This document shows, in pieces, positions 25,898 to 38,132 of a stretch of DNA of 64,000 bases. Source of the DNA: Flaccisagitta enflata. Lineage: Eukaryota. The notes below the pieces were generated by a model. It searched no databases. It was given only the letters and a program-made list of their open reading frames with translations, and was not told the DNA's origin. A program made the position numbers and the translations under genes. Where the stretch lies: positions 44,826,001 through 44,890,000 of the forward strand of contig OZ231126.1 of the NCBI GenBank assembly GCA_965153355.1, written 5' to 3'. Positions within the stretch are counted from its first letter, which is position 1. Every line of letters starts with the position of its first letter.

Positions 25898-27232
25898 GAA
25901 GTGCTGATAGGTCGCTTATCATAGTAAATTGTGATATTCATCATAGTAAAAATTTAGATAACTTTGTATTTGTTATCAATTTGAGAAATCTATTTTTGAA
26001 ATCTTTTTATTTCAATGGAAAACGATCTTTGATAAAAATTGGAAAAATTTTGAATTTGAGACAGACATGAATAATTCGTCCATGGCATGAATGAATATCG
26101 AATGAAAGACATTGTAAATGTAAGAAAGCATGAGCATGAGCCAGTCATTAAACCTCTTTGTCTGCTCTTTTACTGTTATCAATTTTGGGCAATTGCTCAC
26201 CCAAATCCAACTGAAAGAACAGAATCTCTCTTCTTTTCTCTCTCCTCCATTCACACTTCCTCTTTCTCTCCATTGTCTCTCTCGACCTCTCCCTCTCTTC
26301 TCTCTAATCTCTGTTCGTTCGCTCCGTTCTCTGCCCGTCTGTCTGTCGGTCTGTCTCGGTGTTGCACACCGGATATCGGTTCACGATGCAGGAAGGAGTC
26401 TCGGTCAGTCTGTCCGATGCGGGTCGATTTTTGCGGAGATTAGTCAGCCCTCTATCGCATCTCATCCACTTCTTCAGACAGGACGAACGAAAGTCCCCCT
26501 GTGTTCTTCGTCCCCTTCGGGGCCGCTGCCCTGCTTCCCCTCACTCCAATTCACAGTCTCTCAAAGCAGGGCAACGGGTATCGCTGACCACATATTGCCC
26601 TTGGGCGACCTGTTAGATCTTAGATCACTGCATCTCTATAAGAAGGTGTGTCTGTCCGTAAGTCCGTCACACATTGTCTTAATATCAGTCATTTCACTCC
26701 AAATCACTCTCAAACAGTCCCCAATCATTATTAGATGCTTCCTCGCATCTCTATAAGAGGGTATGTCCCTCCGTAGGTTTATCACGCATTCTCTCAATAT
26801 CAGCCTATGCATTCCAAATCACTCAAACAGTCCCAAATCATTGCTAGATGCGTCCTTGCACCTCTATAAGAGGGTGTATCTGTCCATAGGTCCGTCACGC
26901 ATTCTCTCAATATCTGCCCAGTCACTCCAAATCACTCTGAAACAGTCCCCAATCATTGTTAGATGCGTCCTCCCATCTCTATAAGAGGATGTGTACGTCC
27001 GTAGGTACGTCACTTATTCTAAGATTCCAAAGCAGTTGTACAATCTGAGACCAATCCCAAGTTTTCTGACCAACAACTACCCAATTCTCTAAGTTGAAGT
27101 TTGGTATAATATATAACAGTGCAGACCAGGACCGATATATGTTTTTTTTTTTTTTTTTGAGAAATTGATTTAAACTCCTAGAAGCTGAGATTTGTCGATT
27201 CTTTAGGGTTCCAACAGACTTGGGACATCCTG
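24958..27232. mobile_element. mariner-like non-autonomous element in an M16C intron, containing family A (25049-26614) and family C material
   Basis: TA|CAGGGTGTCCCAAGT...ACTTGGGACATCCTG|TA. Same terminal family as 45068-51299. Confidence 0.82.
26612..27015 (+). repeat. About 115-bp tandem repeat of a family C-like 5' end (about 3.5 copies)
   Basis: TAGAT..CATCTCTATAAGA.G units start near 26613, 26731, 26845 and 26959. Confidence 0.8.
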
Positions 27233-27624
27233 TACATTGTATTTCACATTTCAGAATTTACGTATCACAGTTTGCGCTATGATAGATACATAATAACTAG
27301 ATGATGATAAATGTCATTTCTCTATAAGGGTGTGTCAAAACAAAAATTAAAAAATATTGTCAACAAGATTGAAGCTCTGTCTCAAGTTCATGATACAATC
27401 TAAAGCTAAACCTGTCTTTCTTATAAACGCAATAACCTTTCAAAAGTTTGATGATAGTTAATATCATGTTTTCTTTAGCATGTCTTCCTTCCTTCGGAAA
27501 AACAATTTAGTTGCAAGTAGATTTTTTTTTTTGTGGAAGCGCAGGTCTTCTTTCATGGACTCATTTGAGTTATTTGCTGAAAGCTTAATAGCATTCTTCA
27601 TTCACTCCTTCTGCCGACAAACAG

Positions 27625-27831
27625 GGCTGGTTGGAAGTTATCGGCGACCGGTGTTTGATATCGGAAAACTTATCTGGCTTATCACGTAGACCTTATGACC
27701 TAAAACCAGAGTTGACAAGAACTTGCTACAGGTTTAGTTCCGTGAGCAGTGATGGTCTGCTCAATTATTTGCCTGTGGTTCTGGATCATCTCCTCAACCC
27801 GGCGTTAAATGACTCCGCCTACCTTACTGAA
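27625..27831 (+). CDS. M16C peptidase-like gene, second identified exon
   Basis: Acceptor ACAG| and donor GAA|GTAGGT; 207 nt, phase 0/0. GWLEVIGDRCL...TCYRFSSVSSDGLLNYLPVVLDHLLNPALNDSAYLTE matches the family pattern GVLD..ANRCL...TCY...G.L..LP.YLDHIL.P.L....F.TE. Confidence 0.92.
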
Positions 27832-28389
27832 GTAGGTCAATATTGACAGGATATTTGTCAACAAGTGACGCGGGGTCACAATATGGTTGCAGACGGGTGG
27901 GCAGGGATGTCCAACCCCCATCCACACCCCAACCCCCATCCCAATACACACAAACGTACACAAAACAAATCTGAAACGCTTGTTTTCCTATTTTTCGACT
28001 TAAGCATTACCGATGGACCGACGGATGGACTGACGGACCAACGGACAAACGGACCAATGGCCGGACAAAGCCTCTTCCAGAGTTGCATGTCCGCAACCAA
28101 AAATGGACACCTTGTAGCCTAACAAACAACAGTTCAACTTGCATGGTAACATCATAAACGGGCCATTTGGGTTGTCTCTTGTAGGTCTGCCTCTGTCCAT
28201 CCAACTGATCTAAGGATGAATGGCACTACCTACTTAGTACAGTGGAGCACCGCTACAGTGCACCCGATATTAAGGCATTCCCCATTATAAGGCATACAAT
28301 ATACATTCTCATGAGAGATTTTGTAGCTACAGTTTAGCTTCACTAGAGTGCTTTTCAAGGGACTGGGCAAAATTATGCCATATAGTGAG

Positions 28390-30117
28390 TAGGGCCAACG
28401 GTTTTTGCATCAAATCAATTGAACACCCCAGCCTGCAGCTTTTTTAAACAGACTATGTCTATACTGTTGAAAACTACTCGCTATATGACTTTTCTCCGTG
28501 ATTTAGAGGTGCCAGATTTGATATTTTGATCATAACTTGATGGTGGTTGTGGTAAAAATGTCAAATTGGCCATTTACTGCCAAATTGGGCCACTTAGCTA
28601 GTCAATTGCAATCCATGAGATTATGTTTCTCACTAGTGCAATCCATATTTATCATTTTCGTTTATTGAGAGCATTTCAAAGACGAAGGGTTTGAAGGAAA
28701 ATGGCAGCTCAATAGTGGCAATTTTGAAATTTTTCATATCAATATTTGCGGCTTTGATGGACTAATCTGCATGAAGTGGATCAAAGAGCTTTTCCTGCTA
28801 GCTGATGGTAAAATTTTTGATCGATATTCCAAAATTTTTAGAGACGTGAAGCAGGTGCAAAAATCGATTTTTTTGCAAATTGGTCAATTTTGGATGAAAA
28901 ATTAGGCCACTTCCAATTCATAAAAAGACTTAAGATTCATGAGCAAAATGAAGTACTGCTCAGGAGCTAACCAGTGGTGCAATCGGCGTGTCAATATGTT
29001 TTTGCATTTAGATTTTATAGAACTTCAATGATAAAAATACCCAAAAATTGTTATTTTAATATACCCTTTGATCTTTGAAGTTCTATAAAATCTAAATGCG
29101 AAAACATACTGACACGCCAATTGCGCCACTATTTAGCTCCTGAGCAGTAGCCTAACAACAAATAATGCGATGTCATAGAAAAGTTCTCTATCAGAGGGAT
29201 ATGGCCCAAAATCATGTTTACAGATGGCCCATGAACACAATTTAGCCCTGGAACTCCTATAAATTGGCGCCGCCACCTGCCCCTTTTCCCATAGTAAAAC
29301 ATGAGCAAAAATCTTTCCCATTCATTTTCTATGGGATATGAGGGGGGGGGGTGGCGGCGGCAATTTTTAAAGGTCTCAGGACCAATTTTTTGCTATGGAT
29401 TATCTGTGAACATGATTTTGAGTCATATCCCTCTGATAGAGAAAGTTCCTATGACTTTGCATGATCTCTTGTTATGCTACTGAGCAGTACTTTATTTTGC
29501 TTATGAATTCTAAGTCTTTTTATAATTTGGAAGTGGCCTAGTTTTTCATCCAAAACTGACCAATTTGCAAAAAATTCAACTTTTTTGCACCTGCTTCTAC
29601 AGTCTCTAAAATTTTTTTGGGGGAATATCGATCAAAATTTTTTTTACCATCAGCTAGAGCAGGAAAAACTCTTCAATTTGATCACCAATTTTATGCAGAT
29701 TGGTCCATCCAAAGCCGCGAAATATTGAAATTTGTGGAAAATGTCAAAATCGCCACTGAAATTAAAGAAGTAATTTTCCCTTCAAACCCTTTTGTCTTTG
29801 AAATGCTCTCAAATCTAAACAAAAAATGATAGAAACATGCGGATAGCACCACTAGTGAGATCTTGAGCTCTAGTTTTATAATCTCATGGATTTTGGGTTT
29901 GATTTCTAACGCTAAGTAGCCCAATTTGGCAGCCAAAATGACCTAAATTTGACATTTTTACCACAACCACCATCGAGTTATGATCAAAATATCAAATCTG
30001 GCACCTCTAAATCACGGAGAAAAATCATATAGCGAGTAGTTTTCAACAGTATAGTCTGTTTAAAAAAGCTGCAGGCTGGGGTGTTCAATTGATTTGATGC
30101 AAAAACCGTTGGCCCTA
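28390..30117. mobile_element. hAT-like foldback element, almost entirely palindromic
   Basis: TAGGGCCAACGG...CCGTTGGCCCTA termini with an exact 8-bp TSD ATAGTGAG (28382-89 and 30118-25). Confidence 0.93.
29148..29479. mobile_element. hAT-like MITE nested in the foldback; decayed relative at about 24110-24415
   Basis: TAGCCTAACAA...TTGTTATGCTA termini with an exact 8-bp TSD CTGAGCAG (29140-47 and 29480-87). Confidence 0.9.
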
Positions 30118-30731
30118 ATAGTGAGGCTGCCTTATTGCCAATATAAAAATAACTATAAAATCTCTTATGGGGCAGCAAATGTAGGCGGGCATGCCTTACA
30201 GGCGGGTGCACTCTAGCGGTGCTCCACTGTATTCTTATATTGGCAACAAGGCTGCTTCTCTGTAGGGCATAATTTTTCCTAGCCCCTTGGTATGTACTCT
30301 AGTGAGGCTATACTGTACCTTACCTGTTTTCAAAAACAACTGCAAGCAGCAAAAACTTTATTGTGCCAAAAGTATTCACATTTGGACATCCAGATTGTAT
30401 TTGTCTAAAAGCGCATGACCTTCCATTTATTGATGAAAATTTTCATAGCAGTGGTTCCAGCAGTTTGCCATCCACAAAATTTTGAGTCAAAATGTAGTAA
30501 TGAGAGGTTCCCGAAAAATTTGAACCATTGTAGAATGTTACAAATGCGTTATTGAATATGAGAAACCTTTGTTTTTCTCTCATTCATTTGTGTCCAAAAG
30601 GGGCAACAGCTGCTGCCCCTGACGCCACATCTAATACGCCTCTGAGCACAATAAAGGTTTTGCTGATCGCAATCGCTTTTGGAAAACAGGGTAAACATAT
30701 ATCCCCTCATTCTTGTAACTCTCATGGTCAG

Positions 30732-31134
30732 GTGCATCACGTGAATGGAGAGGGGAAAGATGGAGGCAAAGTGTTCAAAAAAGCTCAGCAAAATTGGTAT
30801 AATCTTTGGCCATGGGATCCTCTCATGCAAGAAACACTCGACCTTCTGTACCCTGGGGATTGTCACTTGAAATGGGATCCATATGGCACAATCCACAATC
30901 TCCGTACTTTCACCAATATGGACAAAATCAGGGAGTATCATCAACGATTCTATCGACTGGACAACATGATGATATTTGTGACTGGAAAAATGGATGAAGA
31001 GAAGCTTTTTGGGTCTTTCCAAGCGATGGAAGATGAAGAGGAGAAAAAAACAAAACCACCTATTGAAAGAATGAGTTTTAAACCCTGCATACCATTGGGC
31101 AAGAAGGTGGAGAAGGAAACGGAATATGCTTATG
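30732..31134 (+). CDS. M16C peptidase-like gene, third identified exon
   Basis: Acceptor TCAG| and donor ATG|GTAATA (phase 1). VHHVNGEGKDGGKVFKKAQ...LLYPG...NLRT...KIREYHQRFYRLDNMMIFVTGK is typical of the family (VHHI.GEGEDAGVVYCEMQ; YH..FYRP.N). Confidence 0.92.
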
Positions 31135-31334
31135 GTAATAGTTTACATGTGGTAATGCAAATTTCACCCAGGATGGTAATTTCCTAATTAATTGATATTG
31201 TCAAATCACTCAAGTTACATGGATGAAATCCTCAATTTATGCAGAGTGTTTACCACCAAAATGTTATTATTCGATGATAATTCGGAAATGTATTGAATAG
31301 TATTGCAGTTTATCCTACATTTCTGTGAACGTTT

Positions 31335-31421
<87 letters not shown>

Positions 31422-31423
31422 AG

Positions 31424-31551
31424 GTCGCAATCGCAATATCACATGGGGCGCAGTCAGCATCACATACAGCGTGGATGAGGATCTGCTCAATGATAACTAC
31501 AAATATTTGGCATTTGAAGCGATTGTGCTTCATCGTTTTAAATTGTACACG
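31424..31551 (+). CDS. M16C peptidase-like gene, fourth identified exon
   Basis: Acceptor (CT)n-TTTCAG| and donor ACG|GTAAGT. Phase 1 in and phase 0 out keeps the frame between the flanking exons. Confidence 0.85.
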
Positions 31552-31888
31552 GTAAGTTTGATAACAACAAGGTCTGCAAAAGATGCATGGATAATTGCAA
31601 TATTACTGCTTAATTACAACTTGAGTTCCAAAAACCACCTCACAGTTTAGCTTCACTGCAGCGCACCTGCTATTAAGGCATCCATCACTTTCCCAAATCT
31701 TCTGACAATCCACCCCTCCCCTTTCACCATCCCCCTGCCCTCATCCTTTTCTCTGACATCATCTCCCTTCTTTTGCCAACTCCATTCACTCCTATTCCCT
31801 TCCCTCAACAACCCAACCCCTACTCTCTGTTACTCCATTCCTCCCACTCGTTCTAACCCTACCCTCGGCATCATCTGAATGAATGTAG

Positions 31889-34240
31889 GAATGGAGATAC
31901 TTTTTGGATTGGGAGAATCATTTTACTTTTTCCATCAACTTTTTGGGCAATGAGCTGAGTGATTATCTATTGGGATACGCTCCATGGAATCCATATAGAT
32001 CTTTTTATCTTTATTGGCGCTCATGGTCACCGCCTGTCTCTAGCGGGTCAGGAAAGGCCAGTGCGAGGATTTCACTCAAAGCCACCTTTGTCCCAGATGA
32101 CCAATTGGAGAAAGTCAAAACGCAGTTACTGTCCATCTTTGAGAACATGATTGTAACCAAGGCTGCCGTGGAGCAGTTGTTGGATCATATGAACAAAGAG
32201 TATGTTAAGATGAAAAAGCACAATCCATTGTCGATCATTGAAACCAGAGTTATGAATAGTTTTATTAATGACAAAAACATGGAAGATTTTGAAGTGTTGG
32301 GAAGCAATAGATCGCTGATTGAGTCTCTCAAGAAAGAAAATGACAGCTTTTGGCGAGATGCAGTTGATGCATTTGTGAGGAAAGATGAGAGGATCATTCT
32401 TATTGGAAAACCAAGCAGAAAGATCTTTGAAGAAAATCAGGAATTGGAAAACAGTTTTGTTGAGAACCGCATTCAAATCCTCGGAAAGACGGGACTTGAG
32501 ACAAAAGCTAGACTATTAAAGCAGGCTGAACAAGATAACGAACCATTTTTACCGAGTGAAATCCTAGACACCATTCCCTTCCCAATCGCCACCTCTATTA
32601 TCTCAACCAAAGTCATCACCATTCGTAGCCGTCATCTTGACCCCAAAGCTGCCTCACATTTACCCAAAAATTCAGATAAAATAAGCCAATACATAAACGT
32701 CATTAACATACCATTTGCCTTACAAGTTAGCCATTATGAGGAGGATAATAGTCCAAAGAAAGTCATTGTAGAGGCCCATTTGCAACTGGGCGCATTGAAT
32801 GATGATTTGATGCCTTATCTGTATCTTTTCTTAACGCAAAGTTGTAAGAAGCGGAAACACAACTGGGATAAAGGCATTATATCGTTTAAGGCAGAGGGTA
32901 CTGTTGAAAATTTCCTCAACAAGCTGCATTTTGTGAAAAAATGCATCGCTAGAAAAGACTTTAACATTGACAGTCTGCGAGCTTTTCAACAATTGATCAA
33001 AAAAAAATTGGAACGGTTCAGTTATTTGCAGGCTTGGACTCCGTCAATTGTACCAACTAACGCTTTTGAAAGATCGTTTTACTACCCAACATTTGTTAAA
33101 GTTTCTTCAACTATCCAAGTTGACCTAGCATACAACAGCTCACAAAAATCCAACACAACTCAAAATATCAAATCGACACAACACATCATGAACAATTTGG
33201 AAAGAATAAACCGATTCATCTCTGACCCATCAAATGTGGTATTTCACATAGCAGGGAACATCCATACGCTAGGCGAGACATTGAGAAAACAATATGGTAA
33301 AAGTTTGGAAGATGTACTTGAAGAGCACTTGGGAGAATTTCGACGACCACCTGCTTCATCGGCGACAGGAGTTTGCACAAAGAAGTCAAACTCCTTGCAG
33401 ATGCTGCCACCAACACATCCAGCATCATCGAGAGTCAAAATCTTTGGTTCCGATCTATGGACCGGATCAGGATCCGAAATGGCATTCATGGAAGATTTAA
33501 GCCAAGTGCACCCAAACACCCCTGTTGAAGCAGTCGTTGATAAGTTCTTTGGACTCCTGAACCTGAAGGATGGATATCAGCAAGGAAGATATTTTCGTAT
33601 ATTTTCATATATTTTCATTCCTAATTATTCATCCATCGATGGGCATGATAACAACTTTCGCAGATTTATCACAATGAGGATCTGGCCCGCTGACATTGTC
33701 ACGAAGGTTTTTGAACAGTTAAGTGCTGTTATAGAGGCTCTGTCAGAAGCCGATTCATCATACGCAAAGGACCTGGAAAATGCCAAAAAGTCTGTTATCG
33801 TTGAATTGGCTTACAACGCCAATCCATCTCGTGTAGCCGAGTTAAATATGAATAATTGTTTCGATGGAAAGTCGACCAATTATTTTAACGAGTTGATCGA
33901 AGACATCATGCGCGTGAGAATGGAAGATGTGGCGAGAATGTTGCAGCAAAGATTGCTGCCTTTCGTCGATGTTCGTAGCAACGGGACGATTCTGGTTTTT
34001 ACTGATACATCGAGGGCCGGTCCAATTGCGCGGGATTTCCGCGAAATGGGATTCGATGTCGAGATACTTGAAGATGGAAAATGGCCTTGGCAGGCGTATG
34101 ATAAAGTGGAAGGTGGAAATATTGATCAAGTTCATGAAATTGAAGAAGATGACGCCCATGAACATGACGAATTCTCTTATAATGATCATCATGACAACCA
34201 TACCGCCGCTTCCACCGCAACGCCGGATGACCTGACATGA
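31889..34240 (+). CDS. M16C peptidase-like gene, large terminal exon (783 aa plus stop)
   Basis: Acceptor TGTAG| at 31888 is in frame with the 778-aa ORF. Contains family-like segments SFWRDAVDAF..IILIGKPS..ENRIQILGKTGLETKARLLKQAEQDNE and a C-terminal LIEDIMRVRMEDVARM. Ends in TGA. Confidence 0.9.
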   Translation, partial: EWRYFLDWENHFTFSINFLGNELSDYLLGYAPWNPYRSFYLYWRSWSPPVSSGSGKASARISLKATFVPDDQLEKVKTQLLSIFENMIVTKAAVEQLLDHMNKEYVKMKKHNPLSIIETRVMNSFINDKNMEDFEVLGSNRSLIESLKKENDSFWRDAVDAFVRKDERIILIGKPSRKIFEENQELENSFVENRIQILGKTGLETKARLLKQAEQDNEPFLPSEILDTIPFPIATSIISTKVITIRSRHLDPKAASHLPKNSDKISQYINVINIPFALQVSHYEEDNSPKKVIVEAHLQLGALNDDLMPYLYLFLTQSCKKRKHNWDKGIISFKAEGTVENFLNKLHFVKKCIARKDFNIDSLRAFQQLIKKKLERFSYLQAWTPSIVPTNAFERSFYYPTFVKVSSTIQVDLAYNSSQKSNTTQNIKSTQHIMNNLERINRFISDPSNVVFHIAGNIHTLGETLRKQYGKSLEDVLEEHLGEFRRPPASSATGVCTKKSNSLQMLPPTHPASSRVKIFGSDLWTGSGSEMAFMEDLSQVHPNTPVEAVVDKFFGLLNLKDGYQQGRYFRIFSYIFIPNYSSIDGHDNNFRRFITMRIWPADIVTKVFEQLSAVIEALSEADSSYAKDLENAKKSVIVELAYNANPSRVAELNMNNCFDGKSTNYFNELIEDIMRVRMEDVARMLQQRLLPFVDVRSNGTILVFTDTSRAGPIARDFREMGFDVEILEDGKWPWQAYDKVEGGNIDQVHEIEEDDAHEHDEFSYNDHHDNHTAASTATPDDLT

Positions 34241-34273
34241 TAATGAATTTCTATGTGCAACTTACACGCGCAG

Positions 34274-34498
<225 letters not shown>

Positions 34499-36303
34499 GC
34501 AGTGGTGTAGTTCCACGATCTTTAATCAATTTCCCCCCGTCCTTTGAATTGATTTTGATGTCCTTTGTTTGGCCATTTCATTATGGTAAATATTTCGTCT
34601 GACTTAGGGCAACTATAGGATGGAGAAAAGAAGCAATGGTCGCGGATTTTCAAAAATTGGAGGAAATTTCTTTACATTTGATAGAGTTGTGTCCGGTGGT
34701 TTCCATGGCATTCTACTCCTTGATTTCTTTTGTAAACAAAGTTCCCCCATGAGTTATTAAGAAAACTATGAATAGAAAAGTCCGCTGAAAAATAGAAAGA
34801 AAAAGAGCGCGAAAAAAGCTTACCGTAAGAACCGTCAAAAATTATTTTCCATCTATTCTTTCGTCTGAAAATTAAAAAAACGCTTGACCAAAACATTTTT
34901 GGAAGTATAGGGTAATACCCCAAAACTAAGCTCTTGCAGTGAAGTGATTTCCTGCTCATGCTTTCCTTTTGTCCTTATCTGCAACCACAATGATTCAATG
35001 TGGTTAAAATCAGCTGAGGATCATTCTTTTCCCTACACCATATACTTCCTTTGGCCTTATCTGCAACCACAATGATTCAATGTGGTTAAGATCAGCTGGA
35101 AAATAGTTTCATAACTAAGACCAAAATTTCAAATGTAATATTTTTGCAATTATTCATCTGGGGTGCCAACTTTGTTTTGCTTGTCATTTCTAAATGGCTT
35201 CAGATAGACAAATGTAGTTTTTAGCATTAGGTCAGAAATTTGATGAAGTTTCAAAATCTCACTGATTTTTATATAGATTTGTTATTCTAAGCAGAGGTAT
35301 TGCTATAAATGCTTGTTTCCATACTTGTGCTCGGGATAGTACCTGACTGTGATCATCCATTCTACTATCGGCTGATTGTTTGGTTGGTTTGCTTTTTTAG
35401 GCGATTCAACTGCATTTGAATGGAATTGGTCAAATAACCATATTGCTTTGGTTTGTGTATTGGGATCGCATTGGTGTTTCTTTAATCACCTATTTACGTT
35501 TCTGACATGATAAAGATCAGTAAATGTTTGGAGCTTTAAAGTCTATGTTCATCATTGTCGTCAACTCTAGGCCGGAAGGACAGTCATAAGATTTTCATTT
35601 CACGGCAATTCCACACTAAAAAGTTAGCTAAAACATAAGCAGATTTAAGCGGCGCTTGAATCTAGCAGATGATTGTAAAAAGAAGATCTTGTGCATTTCT
35701 CAGAGTGGGCTTGAGGGCGCGCTAATTAGGGGTTGAAAAAAGTATCATTTTTAGCCGCTGGCTTAGCAACTCTATAAGAGGCTATGACCCTGGGTAGGTA
35801 TGTTAGTAACGCGAAATTTCAGATAACGCAAAATCGGCTGAAATAATGATTTCTGAGTTCACTTTACAGCCCCAGCCCACCCGTATACTGCTCCTGATCA
35901 CCCATATTTCTGCCCCTGCCTAACCGCCAGCGACTACTTATTGGCCGTGTGTCCGGCCTAGCTTGATTTTATAAGCGCTGACACCAAGAACAAAATTGTA
36001 AAAAAACAAAAACAGGGCCAGTATGTGAATGAATGAATGAATGAATGAATGAATGAATGAATGAATGAATGAATGAATGAATGAATGAATGAATGAATGA
36101 ATGAATGAATAAAAAAACAATCTTGAATCAAGAAGTCACGCCGGGAATGGCTGCTTAGCGCAGTCTTAACAATCGCCTGCTGGTGAAACCGACCAACCCA
36201 CCTGCCAACTGACCTACCAACCGACCAACTGACATGACACGTGACCTCTCATATACCCGCAAGGAGACACATTAAACGCGTCGTTATGAAACTGCTTTCG
36301 TCC

Positions 36304-37653
36304 TTTTTGGGCAGCGGCCTCGGAGGGGCCGATGACCTATGATTCCACATAGGGTAGTTTTCTCTGGTTTCCGTACGTCCTCCCCTCCCACCCAAGCCTC
36401 AAACCAGGCTTGCCAGACCTAAAATCTAGCCCATACAAGCCCATACAGACCCTAAATCAGGCCTCACGGACCCAAAAGCAGGCCTCTCAGACTCAAAATC
36501 AGGCCTTCCAGACCCAAAATTAAGCTTCTAGACCAACAAGGCCAGATACACGGCTACCCCAGTCGCGTGCGGGTGGGCAGGAGCAGTGCAGCAGAAAGTC
36601 ACAAGAGCATTTGGGCAGGAGCAGTAGGCCCAAAAAGCTCAAAAACGCCAAAAAAGTAACAAGTCATCCAAGGATCGCACATGGTCAGCGGTACCCGATG
36701 CCCTGCTTGGAGTGAGAATGGAGTGAGAGCAGGGCAGCGGCCCCAAAGGGCCGATGTCCTGTAGGACACAGGGGTAAATTTCCAAATGTCTTGAGAGGGC
36801 ATATTTGATGCCTTTGGAGCAATCTTCCATGATATTCAATGGAGGTTTTGCATTTTGTTTCAATTTGCCTTGGTATTCAATGGGAATTTCACATTTCATT
36901 CATTTTTCTCCAATTATCCATGTTTTTTCAATGGGAAGTTTGCATTTTGTCAATTTTCCTTGTTATTCAATAGGAATTTGAGGCTTGAAAACCTTTGGGG
37001 GGGGACGTACGGACAGACGTACGTAATGGTTCACCCCTGTATCCTACAGGACATCGGCCCTTTGGGGCCGCTGCCCAAAAAGGGGACCAACCGACCGACC
37101 GACCAACGGACTGACCAACGGACCGACATAGCGGGGTGTAGAGTCGCGTAGCACGCAACTAAAAATTAGGCCCCTCAGATCCAAAATTCAGGCCTTCCAG
37201 ACCAAAAATTAATTCTCTTAGACCTTAAATTAGGCCTTTTAGCCTCAAGATGGGACCTCTCAGATGCTAGATTAGGCCTCTCAGATCCCAAAGCAAGCCT
37301 AAAATCCAAAATGAAGCCTGTCAAACCCCAATGTAGGCCTTTCAGACCCCTAATCAGGCCTCTCAGATCCCAAATCTGGCCTCTCCAGCCTTAAAGCAGG
37401 CCTGATAAGATCCTAAATCAGACCTCCAAAAATAAGTTTCTCAAACCTTCATTTGTCCAGGCTCATTGGTCAACAAATTAGGTCTTCAGATAGACAGAGA
37501 AAGGAAACTGGATAAAATTGCCCTATGTGGAATCATAGGTCGGCGGCACCTCTGGGGCCGCTGCCTCTCTCATCATCTCATCCCCACTGACCCCACATAT
37601 ACCAACATAGGGGCATTGGGTACCGCTGACCATGTAACCCTTTTGCGACTATT
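36304..37653 (+). mobile_element. Family A HINE (+) containing family B (36535-37165, -), which contains family A (36658-37081, -)
   Basis: Diagnostic ends of each family appear in nested order, and the host sequence resumes after each insert. Confidence 0.85.
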
Positions 37654-38132
37654 GTATCATGACATTGATTACTCATCCATTATAAGAGAAAAGTGTCTAG
37701 CTACCCTTTTTGGGCAGTGGCCCCAAAGGGGCCGATGACCTATGCTTTCGGTACGTTTCATGGATTCCCAGGCGGAGTAGAGTAAAATAGGCCAATTTTT
37801 AAATCAACTGAATTCAACATAACTATACTTCATTATAAAGGTTATAACAGGTGGTCTTTAAAAAGGTAGCTTTTGATTTCTTTAATATTACTTTTAAAAT
37901 TGCTCCTAAGTAAAAATTTTTTTATTAGCTACCTAGATGTGATTGTGGCCTACATGTTCCATTATGAACATTTCTTATAAGCATCAATATTTTTCATTTT
38001 ATCTTTAAAAAACTGAATTGAATTAGGGACCACTTAAAGAATTTTGCTTAAATTTGATTAAAAATCAATGATTATAATAGGATTTAGTTATAAATGAAGA
38101 TAGTTGAATAAAAGTGGGTCTTAGATAACTAT

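Larger units (their letters stand above)
28240..30315. mobile_element. Tc1/mariner-type MITE (outer) hosting an inverted copy of the same family (28330-30229)
   Basis: Outer TA|CAGTGGAGCACC...GAGGCTATACTG|TA; inner TA|CAGTTTAGCTTCAC...GGTGCTCCACTG|TA. The rejoined outer copy matches the reverse complement of the inner copy. Confidence 0.85.

Noticed and set aside
30552-30731. N-terminal part of the 211-aa ORF
   Set aside because: Intronic and includes a family A fragment. Homology to the M16C family starts at the acceptor at 30732.
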